Shown: positions 27,360 to 36,021 of the stretch, one piece after another
Layout: every line of letters starts with the position of its first letter
Position numbering within the stretch: the first letter of the stretch is position 1
Source: an uncultured Synergistaceae bacterium
GTDB taxonomy: Bacteria > Synergistota > Synergistia > Synergistales > Aminobacteriaceae
Assembly: GCA_937870605.1 (NCBI GenBank)
Contig: CALMZW010000071.1
Span: 1 to 61,091, forward strand
Reading direction: 5' to 3'
Length of the DNA: 61,091 nt
The notes under the pieces: model-generated
The model's input: the letters and a program-made list of their open reading frames with translations, nothing else
What the model was told of the DNA's origin: nothing
Databases searched by the model: none
Program-made: the position numbers and the translations under genes

Positions 27360-28973
27360 ATGGAAGATCAGGAGCTTCTCCGAATGGAAGGGGTCGGGAA
27401 GTCCTACTTCGGGAACAGGGTTCTCGCAAACGTGAATTTTTCCCTGAAGAAGGGACAGATCCTCGGACTCGTCGGCGAAAACGGCGCGGGCAAGTCCACG
27501 CTCATGAATATCCTCTTCGGCATGCCGGTCATTCAGGAAACCGGCGGGTTCGAGGGGAAGATCTACATCGACGGCAAAGAGGTTTCCTTCAACAGCCCGT
27601 TCGAAGCGCTCGAAGCGGGTGTCGGGATGGTGCATCAGGAATTCTCTCTCATTCCCGGCTTTACGGCGGCGGAGAACATCGTCCTGAACAGGGAATCCAC
27701 AACATACAACGTGCTTGTCGAAGCATTCGGCGACCGGTTGCGGACCCTCGACAGGGTCGAAATCCGGAAACGCGCCGAAACGGCGATCGACACGCTGAAT
27801 GTGGATCTTCATCCGGATATGTGCGTTTCCGAAATGCCCGTGGGACACAAGCAATTCACGGAGATCGCCCGCGAAATCGACAAGAAGCGAACCCGGCTTC
27901 TCGTTCTCGACGAACCCACCGCCGTCCTCACCGAGACGGAAGCGGCGATTCTCCTCAAATCCATGAAAAAACTCGCCGATCTCGGCATTTCGATCATTTT
28001 CATCTCCCATAGATTGCAGGAAATTCTCGACATATGCGATACAATCATCGTCCTTCGGGACGGTGAGGTCGTCCGGGAGTTCGTTCCCGAGAAGACCGAC
28101 CTCATGTCGATCGCGTCGGCGATGGTCGGCCGGTCCATCCAGGGACAGTCGCAGCGGACGCAGGAGGACGCGGACCGGACTTCCGGCGAGATCATCCTCA
28201 GGGTCGAGAATCTCTGGGTCGACATGCCCGGAGAGACCGTCCGGGACGTGAACCTCGAGGTTCACAAGGGCGAAATTTTCGGGATCGGCGGTCTGGCCGG
28301 CCAGGGAAAACTCGGAATCGGCAACGGGATCATGGGGTTGTATCCCTCCGGCGGGACCGTGACGTTCGACGGCGACGTCGTCCCGCTGAACGACCCGATG
28401 GCGCCGTTGTCGCTCGGGATCGCCGCCGTTTCGGAAGACCGCAGGGGCGTCGGGTTGCTTCTCGAGGAACCCATCGCATGGAATATCATTTTCACGGCGC
28501 TTCAGGTGCAGAACCGATACCTCCGGTCGATTCTCGGAGGGCTCGTCAGGATCCGCGACGCGGCGGCGATTCGGGACTGTGCAAAACATTACATTCAGGC
28601 GCTCGAAATCAAGTGCGTCTCGGAACGGCAGCGCGTCGTGGAGCTGTCGGGCGGGAACCAGCAGAAGATCTGCCTCGCAAAGGCCTTTGCGCTTGATCCG
28701 AAGCTGCTGTTCGTCGCCGAGCCGACGCGCGGTATCGACGTCGGCGCCAAAAAGGTCGTCCTCGACACGTTGCGCGAATACAACCGGAAAAACAGGGCGA
28801 CGGTCGTGATGATCTCCTCGGAGCTCGAGGAACTACGGTCCATCTGCGACCGCATCGCGATCATCGACGAGGGGCGCGTCGCCGGAATCCTGCCCGCGAC
28901 GGCGCCATCCACCGAGTTCGGCCTGCTCATGCTCGGCAAGGTCCAGAAGACGCGTGAAAGGGTGACGGCGTGA
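27360..28973 (+). CDS. CUT2-type (RbsA/MglA-like) tandem-NBD ABC ATPase
   Basis: 537 aa. NBD1 has GENGAGKST and LLVLDEPTAVL. NBD2 has a degenerate Walker A (GLAGQGKLG), signature LSGGNQQKI and LFVAEPTRGIDV. Confidence 0.9.
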   Translation: MEDQELLRMEGVGKSYFGNRVLANVNFSLKKGQILGLVGENGAGKSTLMNILFGMPVIQETGGFEGKIYIDGKEVSFNSPFEALEAGVGMVHQEFSLIPGFTAAENIVLNRESTTYNVLVEAFGDRLRTLDRVEIRKRAETAIDTLNVDLHPDMCVSEMPVGHKQFTEIAREIDKKRTRLLVLDEPTAVLTETEAAILLKSMKKLADLGISIIFISHRLQEILDICDTIIVLRDGEVVREFVPEKTDLMSIASAMVGRSIQGQSQRTQEDADRTSGEIILRVENLWVDMPGETVRDVNLEVHKGEIFGIGGLAGQGKLGIGNGIMGLYPSGGTVTFDGDVVPLNDPMAPLSLGIAAVSEDRRGVGLLLEEPIAWNIIFTALQVQNRYLRSILGGLVRIRDAAAIRDCAKHYIQALEIKCVSERQRVVELSGGNQQKICLAKAFALDPKLLFVAEPTRGIDVGAKKVVLDTLREYNRKNRATVVMISSELEELRSICDRIAIIDEGRVAGILPATAPSTEFGLLMLGKVQKTRERVTA

Positions 28974-30019
28974 TGGGACGGATCAAATCGTTTATTGAAG
29001 CGGCCGGCTGGCCGCGGATCATCATTGCGTTGTTTCTGCTGGGGCTCTTCGTCATCGCTCCGTTCGTCGAGGTTCGCGTCGACGCGTCGATCAGCGATAC
29101 GCTTGTGCGGTTCGGGATGAACGGCGTCATGGTGCTTGCGATGGTGCCGATGGTCCAGGCGGGCTGCGGCCTGAACTTCGGCCTGCCGCTCGGGATCATC
29201 GCCGGACTGCTCGGCGCGGTGACGAGCGTCGAGCTGGAGCTTACGGGAATTCTCGGCGTCCTGGCGGCGATGTGCATCGCGATCCCGATCGCGGTCCTGT
29301 TCGGCTGGGCGTACGGTCTGCTGCTCAACCGCGTCAAGGGCGGCGAGATGATGATCGCGACGTATGTCGGCTTCTCGTCGGTCGCGTTCATGTGCATCAT
29401 GTGGCTGCTTCTGCCCTACAAGAGCCCGAGCATGGTGTGGGGATACGCGGGAACCGGATTGCGAACGACCATTTCCGTCGACGGCTACTGGATCCGGGCG
29501 ATCAGCGACTTCCTCTCTTTCCAGTACGGAAAATACTTCTATTTTCCGACGGGAATGTTCCTCTTCTTCGCACTGCTGTGTTTCCTCATGTGGCTCTTCA
29601 TGCGGACCAAGATCGGAACGGCGATGACGACCGTGGGATCCAACCCCGATTACGCCCGCGCCTCGGGCGTGAACGTCGACCGCATGCGTACGATCTCCGT
29701 CATCCTTTCGACGGTTCTCGGCGCCGTCGGAATCATCGTCTACGAGCAGAGTTTCGGGTTCATCCAGCTCTATATGGGGCCATTCACGATGGCCTTCCCG
29801 GCCGTCGCCGCGATTCTCATCGGCGGCGCTTCGGTCAACAAGGCCACGATTCTGAACGTGGTCATCGGAACCATCCTGTTCCAGGGAATCCTGACCATGA
29901 CGCCGTCGGTCATCAACAGCATCGTCCAGACCGACATGTCCGAGGTGGTGCGCATCGTGGTGTCCAACGGCATGATCCTGTATGCGCTCACGCGCGTCGT
30001 GAAGGTGAAGTCCCGATGA
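28970..30019 (+). CDS. ABC transporter permease (RbsC/BPD_transp_2 type)
   Basis: 349-aa polytopic membrane protein. GTG 28970 or ATG 28973 overlaps the ATPase stop (28971-28973). Confidence 0.85.
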   Translation: MMGRIKSFIEAAGWPRIIIALFLLGLFVIAPFVEVRVDASISDTLVRFGMNGVMVLAMVPMVQAGCGLNFGLPLGIIAGLLGAVTSVELELTGILGVLAAMCIAIPIAVLFGWAYGLLLNRVKGGEMMIATYVGFSSVAFMCIMWLLLPYKSPSMVWGYAGTGLRTTISVDGYWIRAISDFLSFQYGKYFYFPTGMFLFFALLCFLMWLFMRTKIGTAMTTVGSNPDYARASGVNVDRMRTISVILSTVLGAVGIIVYEQSFGFIQLYMGPFTMAFPAVAAILIGGASVNKATILNVVIGTILFQGILTMTPSVINSIVQTDMSEVVRIVVSNGMILYALTRVVKVKSR

Positions 30020-31113
30020 AGTACTCTCTCAGGGAGCAGATCTCCCACTTCCTCGTGCAATATGCGGTGCCGATCATCTTCGTGCTGCTGAGCATCGTCG
30101 CGATTCCACTCTCGAGGTTTTCCACGGAGTATCTTGTCCAGGAGATGGTCGCGCGTCTCGCGCGGGACTCGTTCCTCGTGTTGTCGCTCCTGATCCCGAT
30201 CATGGCGGGAATGGGGCTCAACTTCGGCATGGTCCTGGGCGCGATGGCGGGCGAGATCGGGCTGATCTTCATAACGGACTGGAACGTCATGGGCGTCCAG
30301 GGGATGCTGCTCGCAATGATCATCTCCACGCCGCTCGCGATCCTTCTCGGCTGGATGTGCGGCGCGATCCTGAACAAGGCCAAGGGACGCGAGATGGTGA
30401 CATCGTTCATCCTCGGTTTCTTCATGAACGGCGTCTACCAGCTCGTCGTGCTGTATGGATTCGGGAACATCATCCCGATCAAGAACCCCGCGCTCGTGCT
30501 TTCCCGGGGCTTCGGAATCCGGAACGTCACGAACCTCGCCGGAATCCGCCACTGCCTCGACGACCTGTTCTCCTTCAATATCATGGGGATCACGATCCCC
30601 GCGGCGACGTTCCTCCTGATCGGCGCGTTCTGCCTGTTCATCACGTGGTTCTCGCGAACGAAGCTCGGGCAGGACATGCGCGCGGTCGGACAGGACCAGG
30701 ACGTCGCCGGCTCGACGGGCATTCCGGTCGAACGGACGCGCATCATTTCCATCGTCATCTCGACGGTCCTGGCGTGCTACGGGCAGATCATCTTTCTCCA
30801 GAACATCGGAACGATGAATACCTACAACAGCCACGAACAGGCGGGGATGTTCGCCATCGCATCGCTTCTCGTCGGCGGGGCGAGCGTTTCCCGTGCGACG
30901 ATCCCGAACGTGTTTCTCGGCGTCATCCTCTTCCACCTGATGTTCGTGGTGTCGCCGATGGCGGGGAAATACCTCATCGGCGAGGCGCAGCTCGGAGAGT
31001 TTTTCCGGGTGTTCATTTCCTATGGCGTCATCGCCATAGCGCTCGTGCTGTATTCCTGGCGGCGTCACAAGGAACGGGAACGCGCGCGCCGGAGCCTGAG
31101 GGGGGCGGAGTGA
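30016..31113 (+). CDS. ABC transporter permease (RbsC/BPD_transp_2 type), second subunit
   Basis: In-frame part of track ORF 29272..31113, starting MKYSLREQISHFLVQYAVPIIF. ATGA overlap with the upstream stop. Confidence 0.85.
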   Translation: MKYSLREQISHFLVQYAVPIIFVLLSIVAIPLSRFSTEYLVQEMVARLARDSFLVLSLLIPIMAGMGLNFGMVLGAMAGEIGLIFITDWNVMGVQGMLLAMIISTPLAILLGWMCGAILNKAKGREMVTSFILGFFMNGVYQLVVLYGFGNIIPIKNPALVLSRGFGIRNVTNLAGIRHCLDDLFSFNIMGITIPAATFLLIGAFCLFITWFSRTKLGQDMRAVGQDQDVAGSTGIPVERTRIISIVISTVLACYGQIIFLQNIGTMNTYNSHEQAGMFAIASLLVGGASVSRATIPNVFLGVILFHLMFVVSPMAGKYLIGEAQLGEFFRVFISYGVIAIALVLYSWRRHKERERARRSLRGAE

Positions 31114-31114
31114 C

Positions 31115-31570
31115 ATGAAGCGGCAGTATGTCATCGACGCGCTCATCCTTGCGGCGCTGGTCGCGTTCTCGATCTTTCTCTACCATTCGGGAAAAGGGTA
31201 CACGCTGATCTTCGACAACCGGAACATCACGCTCGGCGAAAAGAGCTACAAGGCGCCGGAGTATGTTCAGGTGACCCTGGACGGGAAGGGGCGTCCGCTC
31301 GAAATCATGGGCGGCGACAGGGACATCATGACCGTCATGGGGAAAAAGCACGTCCTGAAAGTGGACATTCTCTCCGACGACGAGGAGACCGTCATGGCGA
31401 CCATTGAACGTCCGTTTACGGTTCGCTACGACGGCGGCAACCTCCTGAACATTCCGGCCTTCCTGAGCGGGGACGCGGACTGGAACCAGCGCATCGAACT
31501 CGACATCGCGCCTCCGAAGGAGGAAGAGCCCGCGCAGGAAGCGATTCCCGGCGCGGAGAAACCGAAATAG
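31115..31570 (+). CDS. small single-pass membrane protein coupled to the ABC importer (function unknown)
   Basis: ATG 31115 is separated by 1 nt from the permease stop. Product begins MKRQYVIDALILAALVAFSIFLYH (N-in anchor), followed by a roughly 100-aa beta-rich domain and an acidic/Pro tail PPKEEEPAQEAIPGAEKPK. Confidence 0.6.
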   Translation: MKRQYVIDALILAALVAFSIFLYHSGKGYTLIFDNRNITLGEKSYKAPEYVQVTLDGKGRPLEIMGGDRDIMTVMGKKHVLKVDILSDDEETVMATIERPFTVRYDGGNLLNIPAFLSGDADWNQRIELDIAPPKEEEPAQEAIPGAEKPK

Positions 31571-31580
31571 GGAACGCATC

Positions 31581-31612
31581 CGGGGGGCCGAAGAGGCCCC
31601 CCGTTCTTTTTC
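31581..31612 (+). terminator. intrinsic terminator
   Basis: CGGGGGGCC-GAAGA-GGCCCCCCG followed by TTCTTTTT. Confidence 0.85.
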
Positions 31613-31620
31613 TCCGTACA

Positions 31621-31650
31621 TTGTCCGCGGACGCGAAAATCGGATATGAT
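31621..31650 (+). promoter_or_regulatory. candidate promoter TTGTCC-18-TATGAT
   Basis: TTGTCC 31621-31626 and TATGAT 31645-31650. The track ATG at 31646 lies inside this -10 box. Confidence 0.5.
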
Positions 31651-31717
31651 AGCGGACGAATCCCGCGAACGGAATGTCCACCCGCCTGTTCGATTCCATA
31701 AAGGAGTGATTGGTTCC

Positions 31718-33235
31718 GTGAATGTGTCATCGGTATGGGAAAAGCCCTCGGAACGGGGGACGAAGCTGCTCGTGCTGTTCGTGAACGAAGGGCAGGCCCC
31801 GCGTTGCGACGTGCTCGGCGAGGATCTGGGGACGCGTGTCCGTCTTCACATGGAACACGCCTCGTTTGTCGCGAAGAAGGGAAAGTCGCTGTATATTCCG
31901 CTGCCGGAGATGTCGGCCGATCCGGAGGACGAACGGCCGCAGGTCCGCAATGTGCTTCTCGTGTGCCTGGGGAACGGCCCCTGCCTCGACGAGATCCGCG
32001 GCCGCGCGGCGGAATCGGTCCGCAGGGCGCGCGGAATGAAGATCGACGAACTGACATTCGTGCTTCCGGAAGATCCGGACGAGCGGACGAGCCGTGCCAT
32101 AGCGGAAGGGGCGGTTCTCGGGGGATACGTCTTCGAGAAGTACCTCACGCGGAACGGCGACGAACGCCCGCAGCCCGTCCGTGAGGTCGCTGTCTTTCGC
32201 GGAAACGACGGGGGGATCGCGACCGGCGTCGTCTTCGCCGAGAGCCAGATCTTCGCGCGGGATCTCGTCAACGAACCGGGAAATTCAGTTACGCCCGTCA
32301 CGATGGCCGAAAACGCCGACGCGACGGCCCGCGAGTTCGGTCTGGAGTGCTGCATCTGGGATGAGTCGCGCCTCGCGCGGGAGCGAATGAACGGACTGCT
32401 CGCCGTCGGCGGCGGCTCTGCCGTTCCGCCGCGCTTCGTCCATCTGATCTACCGGCCGGCTGCCGGAGAGTCGGGGAAAACGGCGCCGAAAATCGTGATC
32501 GTCGGCAAGGGCCTCACGTACGACAGCGGCGGACTCAATATCAAAACCGGAGACTTCATGCGGACGATGAAGGGCGACAAGACGGGCGCGTGCGACGTTC
32601 TCGGCGTCATGCGCGGCGTTGCGAAACTCGCACCGGCCGTCGAGGTCCACGGAATTTTCGGCGCGGCGGAAAACATGCCGGACGGCGGAGCGTTCCGCCC
32701 CGACGACATTATTCGCGCGCGCAACGGCAAGACGATCGAAATCGACAACACGGACGCGGAGGGGCGCGTGACGCTCGCCGACTCTTTGAGTTACGCCTCG
32801 GAGCTTTCGCCCGATGCGATCATCGACATCGCGACGCTGACGGGCGGGTGCGCCGTGGCGCTCGGCAACTACAGGGCCGGGCTCTTCTCGGTCGACGATG
32901 CGCTCGCGCGGGAGATCGAGCAGGCCGCGGAGCGCGCGGGCGAACGCCTGTGGCGCCTGCCGATGGATGACGAGAAGCTGCGCGACGCCATCAAATCTCC
33001 GGTTGCCGACGTCCTGAACTCCGGAGCCAGGTACGGCAGCGCGATCTGCGCGGCGATGTTCCTCCAGTCCTTTGTCGGAGAGGGAATCCCGTGGGCGCAT
33101 CTCGACATCGCGGGGGTGGATATGTACAAGGAGGAGTTCGGCGTGTACGGCAAGGGAGCGTCCGCCTGGGGCGTGCGCCTGTGCCTCGAATTCATCCTCG
33201 GCCGCGCCGCGGCCGAAGGGAACGCCGTCGCGTAG
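31718..33235 (+). CDS. pepA: leucyl aminopeptidase (M17)
   Basis: NTDAEGRVTLAD signature, VGKGLTYDSGG, and metal ligands in M17 spacing. GTG 31718 lies 11 nt after AAGGAG. Confidence 0.9.
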   Translation: MNVSSVWEKPSERGTKLLVLFVNEGQAPRCDVLGEDLGTRVRLHMEHASFVAKKGKSLYIPLPEMSADPEDERPQVRNVLLVCLGNGPCLDEIRGRAAESVRRARGMKIDELTFVLPEDPDERTSRAIAEGAVLGGYVFEKYLTRNGDERPQPVREVAVFRGNDGGIATGVVFAESQIFARDLVNEPGNSVTPVTMAENADATAREFGLECCIWDESRLARERMNGLLAVGGGSAVPPRFVHLIYRPAAGESGKTAPKIVIVGKGLTYDSGGLNIKTGDFMRTMKGDKTGACDVLGVMRGVAKLAPAVEVHGIFGAAENMPDGGAFRPDDIIRARNGKTIEIDNTDAEGRVTLADSLSYASELSPDAIIDIATLTGGCAVALGNYRAGLFSVDDALAREIEQAAERAGERLWRLPMDDEKLRDAIKSPVADVLNSGARYGSAICAAMFLQSFVGEGIPWAHLDIAGVDMYKEEFGVYGKGASAWGVRLCLEFILGRAAAEGNAVA

Positions 33236-33237
33236 CG

Positions 33238-34605
33238 CTACTTTCCGATACAGAAGTCCCGGAACACGCGATCGAGGACGGCGTCGTCGTTCGCGATACC
33301 CAGAAGGCGGTCGAGGGAGCGGAGTGCGTCCGCAAGGCAGCTCGCCGCGACGTCGGGCGTGAGTCCCGCCTCGATCGCCTCCTCGGCCCGCGAGAGCGAG
33401 TCGAGCGCGCTGCGGATCTCCCCGACCTGACGGGCGGTGGCGTTCAGTCCGGCGTCGAGCGTTCCTGCGCCGGCCGTTTCCGCGACGATGGCGTCCTTCA
33501 GCGCTTCGAGGCCTGTCTCACAGGAGGCCGATATGGAGAAGACGGGGCTGCCGGGAAGCAGCTCCGCAATGTCCTCTTCCGTGACGACGCTCGGAAGATC
33601 GGTCTTGTTGCGCGCCACGAGGTGCGGAACGTCGCGGATGCCGTCGATGATCTCCGCGTCCGTCTCCGTCAGCGGAGCGGAGCCGTCGAGGACGAGAATG
33701 CGCAGGTCCGCATCCCTGAGGGCGTCGCGCGCCTTCGCGACGCCGATCGCCTCCACCTCGTCTCCGGGCGTGCAGATCCCCGCCGTGTCCACAAGGCGGA
33801 TCGGAATCCCCCGATAGGTCAGAACCTCCTCGATCAGGTCGCGTGTCGTGCCGGGAATGGCGGTGACGATCGCGCGGGACTCCCGGAGCAGCGCGTTGAG
33901 CAGCGATGACTTGCCGACATTCGGTTTGCCGACGATCGCGACCCGCACGCCCTCCCGGAGGATGAGCCCGATCGAACACCGGTCGCTCAGATCCTCGAGG
34001 CTCTGACGGATCGCGGTGACGGTTGCGTCCAGCTCTTCGGGAGACAGCGGCGGGACGTCGTCCTCGGGAAAGTCGAGTCCGGCCTCCACTTGCGCAAGCA
34101 GACCGACGATCTCCTGACGGATCCCGGCGGCGAAGGTCGACAGCTCGCCCCGGAGCGTCCGCGCGGCGGCCCGGAGGGCTTCTTCGCTCCGGGAGCGGAT
34201 GATTCCGAGAACCGCCTCCGCCTGCGTCAGGTCGATGCGTCCGTTCAGAAACGCCCGCTTCGTGAACTCGCCGGGCTCGGAGAGTCGCGCGCCCCGGCTC
34301 AGCAGACGCCGGATACAGAGTTGCGCCACCAGGGTTCCTCCGTGCGTGTGGATCTCCGCGACGTCCTCGCCCGTGTAGCTGTGAGGCGCGGCGAACCACA
34401 CGGCCAGAACGTGGTCGACCGCGACGCCGCATTCGTCCAGGAGAAAGCCGTTCCGCAGGACTCTCGGGCGCGTCTCGCGAAGAGGAACCGTACAGGACAG
34501 AACGGAATCCGCCATATCGCGGGCGTTTGTCCCGGACAGACGGACAATGGCGATCCCGGCTTCGCCCCAGGCTGTCGAAATGGCCGCGATGGTCTCCTGC
34601 GTCAT
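33238..34605 (-). CDS. mnmE: tRNA modification GTPase MnmE
   Basis: N-terminus TIAAISTAWGEAGIAIVRLSG, G1 GKPNVGKSSLLNAL, DTAG, and the C-terminal FCIGK tetrapeptide motif. Confidence 0.95.
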   Translation of the reverse strand: MTQETIAAISTAWGEAGIAIVRLSGTNARDMADSVLSCTVPLRETRPRVLRNGFLLDECGVAVDHVLAVWFAAPHSYTGEDVAEIHTHGGTLVAQLCIRRLLSRGARLSEPGEFTKRAFLNGRIDLTQAEAVLGIIRSRSEEALRAAARTLRGELSTFAAGIRQEIVGLLAQVEAGLDFPEDDVPPLSPEELDATVTAIRQSLEDLSDRCSIGLILREGVRVAIVGKPNVGKSSLLNALLRESRAIVTAIPGTTRDLIEEVLTYRGIPIRLVDTAGICTPGDEVEAIGVAKARDALRDADLRILVLDGSAPLTETDAEIIDGIRDVPHLVARNKTDLPSVVTEEDIAELLPGSPVFSISASCETGLEALKDAIVAETAGAGTLDAGLNATARQVGEIRSALDSLSRAEEAIEAGLTPDVAASCLADALRSLDRLLGIANDDAVLDRVFRDFCIGK

Positions 34606-34682
34606 GGTATCCTCTCCCTGCGTGTGGGTTCGTTGCAGACTTCAGAATACCACAGAATTTCGCAAGGCTCCGGGACGGTGAC

Positions 34683-34714
34683 AAAAAAAGCGGACCGGTT
34701 CGAACCCGGCCCGC
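34683..34714 (-). terminator. intrinsic terminator for the aminotransferase gene
   Basis: The reverse strand reads GCGGGCCGG-GTTCGAA-CCGGTCCGC followed by TTTTTTT. Confidence 0.75.
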
Positions 34715-34738
34715 TTCGGCGCTTTTTTTGAAAGAGAG

Positions 34739-35947
34739 CTACAGAAGCTCCCGCATCGCGTCGCCCAGGCGCTTGACGCCTTCGCGGATCGCGTCGGCGG
34801 ACGCGAAGGTGAAGCACACGCGGCAGTGGTGGTCTCCGCCGTCCCCGTTCGGGTAGAAGGGGACGCCCTTGACGACGGCGACATTGCGCGCGATGGCCTG
34901 GTCGAAGAGCGCGTCGACGGGGATGTTCGGCGTCTCCAGCCAGAAGAAGAAGCCGCCCTCGGGTTTCGTGTACCGGGCCTCTCCCGCGGGAAGGTATTCG
35001 GCGAACGATTCCATCATGACGTCCCGCTTCGCACGGTAGTGGCCGATGATCTTCGGGAGGAAAGCGTCGAGATGGCCGAGCTTTGCGTACTGGTAGACGA
35101 GCGCCTGCGCAACGACGCTCGTGCAGGTGTCGACGCCCTGCTTGAAGACGACCATCTTCCGGATCAGATCCCGGTCGCCGCAGCACCAGCCGACCCGCGT
35201 TCCGGGCGCGAGGATCTTCGAAAATGAGCCCGCGTAGATCACGTGTTCGCCGCCGTCGAGCGAGAACAGCGTGGGGAGGTGCTCCCCGTCGAAGCGGACG
35301 TATCCGTACGGATCGTCCTCGAAGATCGCGACGCCGTACTCCCGGGCGATGCGGACGAGCGCCTTCCGGCGCTCGAGCGACATCGTCGCGCCGCAGGGAT
35401 TCTGGAAGGTTGCGATCGTGTAGATGAACTTTACGGTCTTGCCCTCGCTCCGCGCCCCCTCGATGAGCGCGGGAAGACGGTCGACGAGCATGCCCTCCTC
35501 GTCGCACGGGACGCACAGGAACTTCGCGCCGTGGTTGTACATATCCGTCGTGACGCCCAGAAAGGTCGGCGCTTCGGTGATGACGTACTCGCCGGGGTTC
35601 AAGGTCGCCATGGTCATCAGATCGGCGCCCTGGATCGAGCCGGAGGTGATGAGCATCTCGTCGGAGTCGACCTTCCGTCCGAGACGCGGGGCGCACCACG
35701 AGGCGAGAAAGTCCTTGAGGGGAGCGTAGCCTTCCGTGGCTCCGTACTGGAGGATGTCGCGCCCTTCGGTCCTGAGGATGGACGCGGCCTCGGCGAACTG
35801 CTCGACGGGGAAGATCGCGGGGTCGGGCATGCCGCCCGCGAAGGATATCATTCCCGGCTTCCGGCAGGACTGGAGCATGTCCCGGATCGGGGACGGCTTG
35901 ATGTTGCGCGCTGCGCCGCTGTACAGGGAATCCCAGAATGCGGTCAT
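34739..35947 (-). CDS. PLP-dependent aminotransferase (class I, 2-aminoadipate/aromatic/kynurenine aminotransferase-like), paralog A
   Basis: 402 aa with PSPIRDML, ISFAGGMPDP, FQNPCGATM, FEDDPYGYVRF and GSFSKILAPGTRVGW (PLP lysine). RBS AAAGGAGGG. Confidence 0.85.
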   Translation of the reverse strand: MTAFWDSLYSGAARNIKPSPIRDMLQSCRKPGMISFAGGMPDPAIFPVEQFAEAASILRTEGRDILQYGATEGYAPLKDFLASWCAPRLGRKVDSDEMLITSGSIQGADLMTMATLNPGEYVITEAPTFLGVTTDMYNHGAKFLCVPCDEEGMLVDRLPALIEGARSEGKTVKFIYTIATFQNPCGATMSLERRKALVRIAREYGVAIFEDDPYGYVRFDGEHLPTLFSLDGGEHVIYAGSFSKILAPGTRVGWCCGDRDLIRKMVVFKQGVDTCTSVVAQALVYQYAKLGHLDAFLPKIIGHYRAKRDVMMESFAEYLPAGEARYTKPEGGFFFWLETPNIPVDALFDQAIARNVAVVKGVPFYPNGDGGDHHCRVCFTFASADAIREGVKRLGDAMRELL

Positions 35948-35972
35948 CTGTTCAAAGACCCTCCTTTGTCGT

Positions 35973-36009
35973 AAAGAAAAGGGGCCGATCCGACGATCGG
36001 ATCGACCCC
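35973..36009 (-). terminator. intrinsic terminator between the two paralogous aminotransferase genes
   Basis: The reverse strand reads GGGGTCGATCCGA-TCG-TCGGATCGGCCCC followed by TTTTCTTT. Only about 25 nt remain before the next start codon. Confidence 0.7.
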
Positions 36010-36021
36010 GCGTCTCATTTC

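Noticed and set aside
31646-31717. ATG 31646 as the pepA start
   Set aside because: This ATG lies inside the predicted -10 box (TATGAT 31645-31650). The added 24 residues are not M17-like. GTG 31718 has an AAGGAG RBS.
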